Shown here one piece after another: positions 39,131 to 52,330 of a DNA stretch of 64,000 nt. This DNA is from Azolla caroliniana (lineage: Eukaryota > Plantae > Polypodiophyta). The notes beneath the pieces are model-generated. The model searched no databases and was not told where the DNA came from. It saw only the letters and a program-made list of their open reading frames with translations. Within the stretch, counting starts at the first letter, position 1. Every line of letters begins with the position of its first letter. Made by a program: the position numbers and the translations under genes. The DNA lies in assembly GCA_043228905.1 (NCBI GenBank), contig JBHGNT010000003.1:7564001-7628000 (forward strand), given 5' to 3'.

Positions 39131-42100
39131 TCTCCCCGTATATATTTCTCAAATGTATATATGTATCAATGGATGGATTAGAGTGCCAGTGAGAGAACAC
39201 CATCAAGGTACAATAAAAATGGATTGATGAGGTCATGGCATCTTTTCTAGTAAAATATCTGTTTTACGCTTTTTCTTTTTCTCGTGGAGACGAAAAATAT
39301 CGATGCCTTGGGCCTCTCATCAATTCAAAACTATAGAGACGAGTATTGTTTATGACTATACAATGAATAATGAGATGGCATTCAAAGAAAGAGCCTTACC
39401 AATAATACTTTAAAACAACAACAGAGCTATGCTTGTACTTGAAGAAATACATTAGCTGAGTAGTATCTCTTCCAGCAAATGGACCCTTGAAGCTTTTGCG
39501 GTTAAGTGCAACTTAATGTCCCTCGGACTTCCAAAAGCAACATTCCTTATGTCATCCCGCATTTGAGAACATCCACACTTTTGAGAAGCGCAGTTGGCTT
39601 TTGCTGTTCTTCTCAAGTTGGCACTTGCTCACTACAAGTTGTCAAATCACATGGTGTGGACCCGCCCGATAGCATGCATCTCCTAGAGTAAGGGAGCTAG
39701 CCATGTGTGGACCTATTGGAAACTTAGGTACTCATGTGGAACCTCCAATGAACATGTCTGTATAGTGCCCACAATGTCACTATGCGAGACCCAATGTATT
39801 TGCCCCACAACTTGCATGAACAAAGATGAAATTCCGCAAGAAAATGCACACAATTTCTTCCATTTCATAATGACTTGTAATACAATAAAAGGAAATCTTC
39901 TCCAACAACACAATTGTAGAATATATATGTATATGTATAGTGAGTGCATAAGCCTAGATCTTTAACATAATTTAAAACCATTTAAGCACTTTATTTTCAT
40001 GTCTCAACTTCCTTTCTAACCAAACATGTCAAAGACTTTATTATAATGGAGTTGTTAGATGGTCTTAGAGCTCATATTCAGGAAATAGTGAACTCAAAGT
40101 ATACTATGCAATGACACACAACAAGATTTAAGAAACCCTTTGGAATGTATGACTTATCTTGTATCATGACACACTACATAGGAATACAAAAGGAGCGAAT
40201 AATTCTGGTATGATGGGGTAGGTGCCTCTTTTGAAGTGCATATCCTACTCAACTCCTACTCTCTATAATGTTTGATTCATATTTATTTCATGTAGACTCT
40301 GTCTGTGTACAAAGGAGAAAACCTAATCAATATTGTTGATGTCTTGCTTTCGAAACAACATGCGTGTCCTATACAATATTGCTAATGTCTATAGGTGGCT
40401 TCGACAGGCAAACTCGTGACAAATTACGAGGATATTGCAAAAAATTTACCATCATATGTACCATGACCTAAGATTTTGTGTACTTCTCTATAGAGGTCTG
40501 ACATATCCTGATATGCATCCCTCTTGTAGAAAATGGATTTACTAGTTTTTCCTATGACATCTAGAGTACATTTCTTGGATTTCACCGAACAATTATATGC
40601 GACTCTTATAAGTTATTAGTTATGATTTTAATGAATCTTATCTTTTGGGGGTTGAGGTATGTATAGGGTGCTCACAAAGCAACATGTAGAGGGATGTTTT
40701 TAAATTCATTGTTCACTGCATTAGGAACATAAGGATATGAAGTGGGTCTGTGTGAATGCATATATACATATACATATGTGCATGTGTGTGATGATATGCA
40801 TATGTATTTATTTATGAAGATATTTACATCACACACAGAATAGATACATGCGTCAATGTATGCAACACCCCCAAGTCACTTATATTATGCGTTTCATTGT
40901 CTACCTAGTGTAACACGAGAAATAAACTAATCCTTGAATTGGTTGTCTTGCACTTTCATCACGTGATTATAGATTTGTATCGATATATGCGGAGAATTAA
41001 CACAGATATCTAAGTATATATGCATATATTTCTATATGTATGTTTGTGTGTGTATATATATATTTATCAATACACACGTTACATTTGGTTTTTAAAAGAT
41101 GAATAACATGCTTGTTGAATTTTTTAAAGGAACACATTCCTCCTATCGCTAGTTCACATTAGAATTATGTAAATGTTAAACATATTCAATACTAACACAT
41201 ACTTATTAAACACACAACGTTTACAATGCTCATTTTTCTCAACAGAGACCATTTGCCTATCCTACTACATTATCTATATTAAAAACTTCAAGAATCGATC
41301 AAGTCTCCCAATAACCTTATAGTTTATTACAGGACATCATCCACTTAAGTATGTCTCACTTTAGAAGTCCATAAAATGTGACATTTACCTTCCTTTAAGG
41401 ATCACGACAAACTCTAAAACCAATTCGTTATTTCTAAAAATGGTCTCGAAATATTGTACTAAAGGTTAGTTTTTCATGAGCTCTAGTTGGCTAAGGTACA
41501 AAGTTTTGCACTATTTCACTTCTAGATGACCTTGGGGGATTTAAGGGTTGAATATGTGGCCTTCTTGCTTCGTTGCTTTCTCCTTCTCATTTATATCAAG
41601 AGTTTGATTTACATCTTGTTATTTAAGAGTTCTACGGATATCACTTTTTCCTGGAGTTCCTTGCATTTTTTTAGATCAATGAGTGTAGATTTTTGAAGCC
41701 TTCTATTGTGATAGATGTTTTGGGGGAGTACATGGAGTATTCGGAGTAGTCGTGAAGCCTTATATCACCATAATGGTTCAATCTATTGATAGGGAAGCCA
41801 TCTCCGTGCTTATACCATCCATCATGTCATAATTGCGTTATTAAATGTAGATTGGATGAATGTCTTCACTTACTTAACTACAAATAGTGAGAGAGCTATT
41901 GAGCTAGGGAAATGATGAAGGGAAAATGATGCCCCTAGTAATAGTGGGTTATATATGTAGGGACAACTAAAAGAGCAATCCATCTTTGAATCGTACATTG
42001 AGGGCAAAAGGTGAGCCGCTAGATTCTAGACATAGTTTCCCTTATGAAAAACTATGTACCAACAATAATGATGTTCTAAAAGGCTATCATAGGAAATGTT

Positions 42101-42937
42101 ATTAATAAATTTAGGCTTTTATGGTCCACAGGATGACAAAGTAACATTTCATTAATGCTCCAAAAAAATCTAATGATGAGGGAATGAAGTAAATTCATGT
42201 AGCACCATGATAAAAGAAAATATCTAGTCTGTGTTCACAACAAATAGTCTTGCTAATTCGAGACCTCGTGTAGGCATCTATATCCAAAAGGAGCATCTCG
42301 TTAATAGGTTTGGGCATCATCTTGATGGCACGTGTGTCTCTCCTATTCACACAAACCAAATGACATCATAGTACTGGTAGTGAACTAACTGAAGCTCGCG
42401 ACGTACACAATGACAATTGCAAACAAGCTGGGCGTGTAGTAATTAATCAAAAATTGATCAAAATTCCCGATGGTAAGAGCCATCGATGTAGGAGTTAAGA
42501 ATCAAGATAGGAAGGTAGGTAGAGTTCTTTCCGATGAGGGTGAAGGTGTGTCCACACCAGTCAGTGGCCATCACAGGAAAAACACCCCAATGAGCTAGCT
42601 ATGGAGGGAGGAGGGTAGTTGCGGTGCAAAAAGAAAACGATATTGAGAACGATCCAAACGAGACAACAAAAAAGCAAGAGACGAAAAAACGAATGATCGA
42701 ACATGTGTGAAAGAGGCAAGAGGGGACGGGAGAACCACAAGATTTCGACCATACATTTCGTACACTTGGGACGAACGAAAGAGCGGACAGATGGACACAC
42801 ACGATGGATGAGTTACTTGTATGGGTGTGTGTCAATCTATATCTATACATACATATATGAATTGTGTACACACACACACACACATAGAGAGAGAGAGATA
42901 TGAATGAGCAAGTAGTAAATTGTAATAATAAGTATTA

Positions 42938-42983
42938 TTACCCAAATAAGGAAGGGAATTTAATCCTTTCCTTATTTGGGTAA
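42938..42983. repeat. 20-bp inverted repeat with a 6-nt loop
   Basis: TTACCCAAATAAGGAAGGGA-atttaa-TCCTTTCCTTATTTGGGTAA (one G.T pair). Confidence 0.9.
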
Positions 42984-43009
42984 AGTATAGGGCACGCAGT
43001 TTTTGGTTT

Positions 43010-43826
43010 TTAGGACACGTGACTCAAAAGTGCAAAGCATTTAAGAGTTTTAAAGAAAAGGAGAAGAAAAGAAAAAAGAAAAAACAAAAAAGAAAGGAAG
43101 GAAACAGCTGGCTCTGTCCCTTCTTCTACACGCCAGCTCCGCTCCCACGTCAGCAGGCCGACTCCCCGCCAATCGCCTAGCGCCACCTGTACACCAGCGC
43201 CTGCCACGTGTACGCGCCAAAGAGATGCGCTGGCAGCTCTCAACCGCCTGCGTATGTGGTGGGGGGAGAGAAAAAGCGACAGCTGTCTGCCACGTCATCC
43301 GCCACGTCTGCCGCCAGCTGGCGGCCATCAAAAGACCCAGGAAATACATATGCGTCTCTCTCCATCCCCGTCCGTCGGTCAATTTTCTTTCCCGGCGGCC
43401 GGAGCCGACACGTCGGCTTAAGCTCCCACGTGGCGAGCAGCGCGAAATGCCACGTGGGAGAGGCGCGGATGCGTCTCCGCCACCTGGCAGATGGATGGGG
43501 TCCAATCGCAGCGGACAATTTGCCTGATTAAGTAAATAATAGCAATAATATTTCGGGGGCTCTCTCTCTCTCTCTTAAAAGCGAAAAACAAAAACAAAAA
43601 CAAACAAAAAAAAGAAAAAACTTTATTATTTATTATTTACTATTATTAAATGGAACGTTTGAAATAGGCAAAAGAAAAATAAAAATGAGGGAGCGCCAGC
43701 TCACGAGACACGGAAAGAGAGAGAGTGGAGGTTGACCGTCGGATGCCCGTCCAGTATGCTGACGTGGACAGTCGGATTGGCGCCACGTGGCTCCAGCTGC
43801 TGCGTCCGTCCACCACGTATAAAAGG
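43010..43826 (+). promoter_or_regulatory. GC-rich promoter of the EXORDIUM-like gene with a dense G-box/ACGT cluster and TATA box
   Basis: About 11 CACGT/GACGT cores (e.g. 43016, 43146, 43205, 43291, 43303, 43409, 43427, 43451, 43761, GCCACGTGGC 43782-43791, 43814). TATAAAA at 43818. Confidence 0.7.
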
Positions 43827-44029
43827 CCCCCCTCAGTCTCTCTCTCTCTCTCCTGCAGCAACACTTCACTCTTCTTCTTCATTCGCCATTCGCCATTCGC
43901 CATTCGCCATTCTTCTTCTTCTTCAGACAGACAGAGACAGAAAAGACTGTCTGTGGTGTCCAAATCTTCTTCCTTCCATTCAAATTCTTCATTTCTCACT
44001 CCCTGATCCCCTTCCTCACACACCCGGCT

Positions 44030-45265
44030 ATGGCTTCTTCATCCCTTCTCCCCACAGCAGTTCACACACAGCTCGCAAATCCAGCTATGATTTCTTCTTC
44101 TTCTTCTTCTTCTTCAGCCAACAGACAGTCTTCCGATTCAGCTATACCTTCTTCTTCTTCTTCTTCTTCTTCTTCCTTCTCTTCTTTCACTGTCCGTTCT
44201 GGCCCCCTCTATTACATTCTTTTCGTCCTCCTCCTTGCTCTCTCATCCTTCCCGGCTGCTGTGCTAGCCTCAGAATCTTCTGTATCATTCCAAGTCCGTG
44301 TTCCTTCGTCGCCTTCATCGACTCCATCGCCATCATCTTCAAGCTCCTTTCGCTTTGCGAAAGCAGCTTACCAAATCGTCACTCCCACTGTGGACGTCCG
44401 ATACCACAATGGGCCTGTTCTAACGCCGAAGATCAAAGTCTTCCTGATCTGGTATGGGAGATGGCAGCCATCCCAGCAATCCATCATCAGAGATTTCTTG
44501 AACTCCATCGCCAAGGATTCCGCTTCCTCCTCACCCCCTCCTTCTCCTTCAGTTAGCGAATGGTGGAGCACCGTCCAGCTCTACACAGACCAAACGGGAG
44601 CACACATCTCAGATTCTTTGAAAATCGTGGGGGAGGCAACAGATCTCTATTCCCATGGCAAGATCTTAACAAGAATGACGACGCAGGAAGTGATCAAGAA
44701 TTCTCTGAAGCCATTCAATGGAACCTTACCAGTGGCTCCCCGAGGAGGTATCTACATGGTTCTCACCTCCGAAGATGTAGTTCAACAAGATTTCTGCAGT
44801 GCAGCTTGCGGCTTCCATTACTTCACATATTCTTCCATTGTCGGATTCACCTTACCATACGCGTGGATCGGGAACTCTGCAAAACAATGTCCTGAGACCT
44901 GTGCATATCCGTTCGCTGTTCCATTTTACATGGCGGAGAGTATAAAGCCGATGAAATCCCCGAATGGCAACATAGGAGTGGACGGGATGATCAGTGTGAT
45001 AGGACACGAACTTGCAGAGATGTCATCGAATCCATTGATCAATGCCTGGTTCGCTGGTACAGATCCCATGGCTCCTACAGAGATTGCGGATCTGTGCGAA
45101 GGTATGTATGGACCTGGCGCAGGTGGTGGTTATGCTGGTACAGTCTCTCAAGATCAGTCAGGTGCGAGCTTCAATGTTAATGGCGTGAATGGCCGTCGAT
45201 TTCTTATTCAGTGGCTATGGAATAACGAAATCAAAGCTTGCCGTGGCCCCAACGCGTCTGCTTAA
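44030..45265 (+). CDS. EXORDIUM-like / Phi-1 family secreted protein (EXL3/5/7-like), single exon
   Basis: 411-aa ORF with a hydrophobic signal segment and motifs YHNGPVL, LIWYGRW, WWSTVQLYTDQTGA, FCSAACGFHYFT, YAWIGNS..QCP..CAYPF, PNG.IGVDGMISVIGHELAE. The start could be 44030 or the next Met. Confidence 0.93.
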   Translation: MASSSLLPTAVHTQLANPAMISSSSSSSSANRQSSDSAIPSSSSSSSSSFSSFTVRSGPLYYILFVLLLALSSFPAAVLASESSVSFQVRVPSSPSSTPSPSSSSSFRFAKAAYQIVTPTVDVRYHNGPVLTPKIKVFLIWYGRWQPSQQSIIRDFLNSIAKDSASSSPPPSPSVSEWWSTVQLYTDQTGAHISDSLKIVGEATDLYSHGKILTRMTTQEVIKNSLKPFNGTLPVAPRGGIYMVLTSEDVVQQDFCSAACGFHYFTYSSIVGFTLPYAWIGNSAKQCPETCAYPFAVPFYMAESIKPMKSPNGNIGVDGMISVIGHELAEMSSNPLINAWFAGTDPMAPTEIADLCEGMYGPGAGGGYAGTVSQDQSGASFNVNGVNGRRFLIQWLWNNEIKACRGPNASA

Positions 45266-45399
45266 CGAAGAGGGAAACAAGCTGTAAAACAGATCCAACA
45301 TTTTGCTTATTCCTCAGAGAAATTTCTTCATTTCTGAGTTAAATCCTGTTCTATCCTAACCTAATCTTACAAAAGAGACGTATTTTATCTGTCTCACGG

Positions 45400-45545
45400 G
45401 CTCCATTGCTTCTTCCCTGTCTTCATTGTCAGAGATGCATACTATCCTTCTCTTCAGTTCCATTGCTTCTTCCCTTTCTTGGTTGTCAGAGATACAGTAT
45501 CCTTCTCTTTGGTTCATTGCCTGTTCCCTTTCTTCGTCTTCATCG
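45400..45545. repeat. About 56-bp imperfect tandem repeat x2.5 in the 3' region of the EXL gene
   Basis: tccattgcttcttccct...tgtcagagat...tatccttctctt repeated. Confidence 0.7.
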
Positions 45546-46262
45546 TCACGTTCTTCTTTCTTCTTCTTCCAAAGAAACAAATTGAGCTTCCTGCAGCTTC
45601 TTCTTCCTTCCCTGTACTGTGCAATGGTAATGGTGTACACGAATGATTCTTCTCCTTCGCCTGAAGCAAAGCAACGCAGTCAAATCGGGCCTCACACTAT
45701 CTCTGATCGGCCTCCTTTCTTAATGATTTGTGCATAGTTTATATAATTCCTAGCATTACACACATACACACATACAGACAGATCTACAGACATTATAGTT
45801 TTCTTCTCTTTTTCTTCCCTCAGATCACAAAATTTTGGCTTTACATTCGATTGAACAATCGTTTTAATATTTACATTTGCATTCATAGCAGCAACAAAAA
45901 CTGTTCTCCTCTTTTTTCTCACTCTGTTTGTCCAATCATCTTTGCTCAATTACTTCGTATATCCATCCATTCAGTGGAAAGACCGTATACCAATGAAAAG
46001 CTTCATTCTCTTCTTCTGCACACCACAGTCCTTCCTTAATCCATCAGAATCCGAGGATTTAGAGGAGGTTCAAGAAAAAGAGGGGGAAGGATTTAGAGGA
46101 AGCCATTGAAAAGACCAGAGAGGAAGGATCAAAAGCAATGAATCAATAGAAATGGAGTAATGAAGAGAAAGCGAAAAATCACCAGAAAATGTGATGATGT
46201 AGAGCAGATTAGTAAAAAGATTGGAGGCAATAGAATTGGCCTCAGTCCCGTAGAAGCCTTAC

Positions 46263-46304
<42 letters not shown>

Positions 46305-47079
46305 TATCATCACAGGCTTCTGCCATAGCTTGTCATTAATTAATATATAGGAAAATCCATCAGTCGTTCCTATGGATTCCTCCCAAATGCCCCTTCCTTT
46401 CCCCCTTCTTATCTATGTTTGTGTTGTCTCCCCTCCGATCCACCCAAATGTGGCGCCTGATTTCCCTTGTAAGGAAAACATTTACATGTATCTGACCGAC
46501 TTCCCTGCGAACTGAACTGTCAAGCATTGATCGATGTGATCATGCACAACAAACATGTATTGCTCCCCTATCGGATTGAAGGAATGTGAAGGCTGCATTG
46601 TTAATCCTTCTAACGTGGTCAAGACAGGATTAGATATTAGAAAATTGAACGAATGGCGTTTAACTCGACAGCAAGATCTATTTATTACTTATTGGTGGTG
46701 GCTAATCAATCCTTAAGCCTGACAGCAAGATTATATAAGAAATTGAATGACAGAACTAAGTGCCTGGATAGGCCTCCAGAGCACCATCATCATGCCTGCA
46801 TGTTTTTTAACCAAGTAGCATAGTGTCATAGTATATGTAGCCAAGCCATCAAGCAGAAAAATATCTTCTTTGTTGGGGTTGTGTTTGGAGGTTGTGTAAT
46901 CTAAATCACTGGATTGTCGGATGACCTAAACCCCCTAACCATAGGACTGTTAACCTAATAAAAGACCCTCCATTGGAGCAGGAAAACTAAGCTCGAGGTT
47001 TGGAAAACCTAAAAAACTCGACCTTACCTATTCTATATGTCATATATCGGAGAGAAGGCGTTAGACGAATTCAAATTGC

Positions 47080-47170
47080 ACCCAAGAATCCAAATGAGAG
47101 GCACCATTGGATCCAAATGTGAGTCACCATTGGGTCCAAATGTGAGCCACAATTGGATCCAAATGTGAAC
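47080..47170. repeat. About 23-bp minisatellite x3-4
   Basis: caccattgg(a/g)tccaaatgtgag units. Confidence 0.75.
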
Positions 47171-47714
47171 CTGGCATTCATGACTAACTTTCAAGGGATT
47201 TGGCCTACTGGGAGAGTTGTTGAGATTAAAAGCCATATATGATACTCAGAATGTATGCTTTGACCTCTGGGAGAAGATTTTTATCGGGGAATTCCAACTT
47301 CTGATGAATATATTCAACAGATTTACTACAAATCTATCCACAAAATGCTAGTAGAGCACAAGAAGTCCAAAGGCACTAAATAAATAGCGCATCTGGTGGT
47401 GGAGGATGGAATGTTCATATGACATACATTCTCTGTTTTGTGAGGATTTATATGAACAAAGAAAGAGAGATCAAAGTGAACCTCTGCTCATTCGAATGCA
47501 AACCCTGTCGGTCTAGCATTCAAATCTCTCTTAGTTTTACTTCCTTAATACCTCTCATTATATCATTATAGCCTCAAATATGAGTGTGCTTAACCCCAAG
47601 CAGGTATCTCACAAAAGTAACTAAAACTTGGGAAATTTCGGCAAGATTACAAAAGAAAGAAAAACTCTCTGGGGGTATCTCCGAGTTTGTAACTTAACCT
47701 ATAGTGGTAATATG

Positions 47715-49013
47715 TGTTGGGAATATGGGATTGAATTGGGATGATTTAAACTTCAAGCACAATTAACACTAGATGAAACCACAAGACGAAAATGAGAGTA
47801 CATAAAAAATTTTAACGTGGAAAACCCCAAATAGGAAAAAAACACGGGAACCATAGGTTCCAAACAACTTCACTATATTTTTTAGTACAATGGAATACGA
47901 CCTCACTAGAGGAATTTATCTACCTCAAGGCAATGACCTTGGTTACAACCTTCACCTAATCCGGTGGATAGAATAACAAAGGTTACAAACTGTGTACGAC
48001 CTCTCTAGGTTTTGACTAGAGGAACGTACAAACCTCAAGGCAACAGCCTTGGCTACACAATAGTGAGTACAAATGAGTACTGACTCTCTAGGTTTTGACT
48101 AGAGAAAATGTCCTAGCCTCAAGGCAACATCCTTGGCTATAATCTTCACCCGATTGGGTGGATAATACAACAATAAGCACAAGAAATGTGCTACCCTTAA
48201 GGCAACATCCTTGGCTACAATCTTCACCCGATTGGGTGGATAATACAACAATAAGCACAAGGAATGTGCTAGCCTCAAGGCAACAACCTTGGCTACAATC
48301 TTCACCCGATTGGGTGGATAATACAACATAAACACAAGAAATGTGCTAGCCTCAAGGCAACAACCTTGGCTACAATCTTCACCCGATTGGGTGGATAATA
48401 CAACAATAAGCACAAGGAATGTGCTAGCCTCAAGGCAACAACCTTGGCTACAATCGTCACCCGATTGGGTGGATAATACAACAATAAGCACAAGAAATGT
48501 GCTAGCCTCAAGGCAACAACCTTGGCTACAATCGTCACCCGATTGGGTGGATAATACAACAATAAGCACAAGAAATGTGCTAGCCTCAAGCCAACAACCT
48601 TGGCTACAATTGTCACCCGATTGGGTGGATAAACCAACAAGCAATAATCAAGATTATAATTCCTCACCCAACTAGGTGGATAGAAATACTAAGAAAAACG
48701 GAAATAAGAAAAACATAAAACGAAGAAACCTGATACAAGTAGATAGGATAGGTGTTGTTCAATTGTGGTTCTCTGACAACACGAACAATCCCTCGTAGGT
48801 CTCTATCTCTACATTGGTAGAACGCTCTTCCTCATGCTCACTCTTTTGTTTTCTATTTTTCCTTTCTCTCTCTCGTTTTTTCTGTTTTCTCTTTGTTTTC
48901 TGATTTGCTATATATTCTCAGAAAAACCCGCTCTCACTCTGTTTCCTCCTCCTTTTATGTTTTTCTCCTTGTTGTCCAACGTCTATATACCTATGTTCAC
49001 ACATACACACACA

Positions 49014-49063
<50 letters not shown>

Positions 49064-49326
49064 ACATATATATGTGTATGTATATATTTGTAAATAGGTA
49101 TATGTTAATATAGTTAATTATATCTTTTGCCCTTTTTTAGCCCCAAGCCGATTCGACAGAATGCCGAATCGACACCTAGCCAATTCGGTGCTTAGCCTGT
49201 AGGTGGTTGTTAGTCGACTCTCGACTTTCTGTCGATCCTTAACCAGCTCTAAGTCGGCTCTTTGACCTCAGTCAACTCTTTGGCCTCAGGCGGTTGTGGG
49301 GTCCACTTGAGTGGATAGATCCAACA
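47715..49326 (-). mobile_element. Solo LTR (Copia-like), 1612 bp
   Basis: TGTTGG...CCAACA ends with a 5-bp TSD ATATG (47710-47714 and 49327-49331). The acgtggaaaacccc...aaaacacggg motif near the left end suggests minus orientation. Confidence 0.88.
48104..48645. repeat. 78-bp tandem array x7 inside the solo LTR
   Basis: Units start at about 48104, 48181, 48259, 48335, 48413, 48491 and 48569 and are near-identical. They produce the 26-aa repeat ORFs in the track. Confidence 0.95.
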
Positions 49327-49859
49327 ATATGTATGTATATAATGGAGTTAGAGCTCCGAATCTATATATGCAATGGACATTTTACTTTGGGTAGGACATA
49401 TAAAAATGGTCCAGAATTCGCAATCAGCCTTAAACAAATAAGGCTTGGGAAATCATAGCTAAAATCAAAGAGTGCCCAAAATATTTGGCTAGTCTCCCTC
49501 CATCTCGGACTTGAAGAATGATGGAAATGAATTAGTGAGGCAAACCATGAGACTGATCTTATATTATTATATACCATATATACTAGTGAAGTCGTGACGT
49601 GCATTTCAATCCAGAATATGCTTAAATTATCTTTGAAAAAATTCCTATAATAGAGTGAGTCTTTGAGTTTTGTTTTATAACCAATGGTGATGATTTGAGG
49701 ACATTTCTAAAGGGCAATGCAACATTACCTCCTTTTGAGCGTAAAAGTACTTTCAGAGATTTAATAGAGCAAGGGTCATGAACTTCCATTGAAACATTAA
49801 TAAGGTCATTGACATCCATACCTCGAGGTGCTTTCGGCATATATTTGAAGAAAAAAGTG

Positions 49860-52330
49860 TTATGCGAGGGAAATCAGATCATCGATGGCAATGGCAAGCA
49901 CAATATTGTTCTCCATTGTGCAAAAGACATAGGCAATGCAACTTTTGGTATAAGATTTTTGCCAAAGTAATTGCAAATAGACTTCAAAAGGTATTGTTGT
50001 CTGTGGTCCATCCAATGCAATATGGATTTATTGAGGGAAGGGACATCCTGCATAATATTATAAATGTGCAGATGGCAGTGGATTATGCAAAGGAAGGGAC
50101 ATCCAATGCAATATGGGTTTATTGAGGGAAGGGACATCCTGCATAATATTTTAAATGTGCAGATGGCAGTGGATTATGCAAAGGAAGGGACATCTAATGC
50201 AATATGGCTTTATTGAGGGAAGGGACATCCTGCATAATATTTTAAATGTGCAGATGGCAGTGGATTATGCAAAGGAATCCAAACAACAAATTGTAATGAT
50301 ACAACTAGACATCGAGAAGGCATATGATCATGTACGTTGGTCTTTTATTACTCAAGTTATGTCTCATATGGGTTTTAGAGAACGGATGTCTCGAATACCT
50401 TTGTTGTTAGGGTTGGGTGCAGTGTCACGCATTATGCTAAAGGGTGGAGTTACTAAGGTGATACCATTAAAAAGATCATAGACAAGGATGCCCATTGAGT
50501 CCATTATTATTTGCAATTGCGACACACCCGATTTTGGTGAAGATGCCTGAGTTGGCAACATCTGGGGAAATAGTGGGATTAGCTCTACCATAAGGGAAAC
50601 AATTAATAACTCAAGCATTGCCTGATGATTTATTTTTATTTCTCAAAGCGGTACCTGATAATATAGCTAAAGCCATGGAGGTGTGGAAGGTATTCACATT
50701 GGCGTCAGGATTACATATAAATATGCAGAAGTCGATGCTTATTAGATGCACTGACAGTGATCTTGTTGATCTTGGATGGGGTGGCCAAATATTAGATCAA
50801 GAAAATGTATGTCGGCACTTAGGTTATCCTATTGGTGTTGATATCTCATCGTCGCAAAGTTTGAATTGGATATTAGGTACCATTTTGGACAAATTTATGT
50901 ATTGGAAGTCCCAAGCATGGCCATTTAGTACTCATCTCAAAGTGGTACAAGCTATAATGATTCCAATGATTTCTTATTTTTAGCCATTACTATCGTTGAC
51001 AAAGAAATCACTTGATCATTTAGCTCGTTCACTTAAATATACACTATGGAAGAAAGAAACAAAACTTGGTATGAGTTGGATATCATGGGACAATATTTGT
51101 ACCCCAAAAAGGTTAGGGGGGAGTTGCATTACTAAATTTAGAAGATCATATGGTGGCTCGAAGATTCAATCTTTTGAAAGGTATGTGCATAGGTACCCAA
51201 GCTTGGGTAGGACTAATTAGTTATTTTGTGGAAAAGGTTGGTATATATCATGGGAAAACGAGAATTACAGCTTCGCGGTGGCATGTTGTTAATAGTACCC
51301 GAGAATTTAAATGTTTTGAATCTATTATGGTTCAACAATTGGTGCTTTCTTGGCAGTGATGTTTGAGTGGAAGTCTCTTGAGTGTAGAAAAGATTTAAAT
51401 TCCTTGGCAACAGAGGTGTCGGTAGCTTCAAGGATATTACACTAGGATGGAAAGGAAAGCCTAAATTCACAGTTCAATCGAATGACAAGGTTAGGCTTTG
51501 TAATTGTGGAAGATGGTATATTAGAGTCATGTATGAAAATAATGGTGTTTTGGACAATTAGACATAAGTTTCATGTGCCACGTGGATATGGGCATATTTG
51601 GCAATCAATATTGGCATTACCTAGATTAGTTTTCCCGATTCCAGAGTTGGTGGTCAAGGACCCATGGAAAGATTGGTCATTTGGTATTGGGAAATCGATT
51701 TTAATGGTGCACACTAATGATGTTTTTATCATAAGTTGGTTGAAGATAGATCTTGGTTAGCAAATAAGGTTTTGGATACGTGATGTATTACTTGACATGT
51801 AAAGTGGTGGTGTAGAGTTTTAGATGCGGGATGGCAGTCTCATCTTTCATTTCGTGCAAAGATGTTTCTTTGGCATGCTTTAGTTGGTGCATTGCCTTTG
51901 TCGATCGCCTTAAAATGAAGACATATTTCGAGTGGGTTTAGGGTTTTTTTTGTATGGTGGTTGAAGACGATGCCAGACATAGGTTCATTACCTGTCCAGT
52001 TGCTAAAGCCATTTGGGTGCTTATATCACAAATTTGGGCATCGATAACTTCAAATATTTTGTCAACCTTATAACTGGGTTTTTATCGATAAGGATAAAGC
52101 TATGCCTGCACCATCATATAAGGTTGTGTTTGACTACCTCAGAAATTGGGGGATGTGGTTTAATTGGACCGAGAAATGGGTTCTTATTTGATGGACTTCA
52201 TGGGGTAACACAACTTTGTAGGATAAAAGGGAAGTTGATTTGGCAATTTTCACAACTATGTTATATGGGGATGTTGTCCCGAGAGGAGATAGACTTAAGT
52301 CATCTAGTTTTATAACACTAGAGAGGGTTT
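49860..52330 (+). mobile_element. 5'-truncated degenerate L1-type LINE (RT and zf-RVT)
   Basis: YKIFAKVIANRL, QYGFIEGR.ILHNI, LDIEKAYDHV.W, RQGCPLSPLLF (frameshifted), PDDL, HLGYPIG, WISWDNICTPKRLGG. Multiple stops and frameshifts. Confidence 0.88.

Noticed and set aside
43010-44556. Multiple overlapping ORFs upstream of and overlapping the EXL gene
   Set aside because: They result from GC-rich promoter sequence and (TTC)n tracts and show no recognisable protein motifs.
45401-45421. Resemblance to mature miR408 (16/21 by eye) with a partial purine-rich partner at about 45270
   Set aside because: Too many mismatches for a deeply conserved miRNA. It is part of a pyrimidine-rich tandem repeat with no convincing precursor stem.
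48104-48645. CRISPR-like array or repeat-protein gene
   Set aside because: Units are contiguous with no unique spacers, there are no cas genes, and the array lies in a TSD-flanked LTR. The ORFs arise because 78 is divisible by 3.
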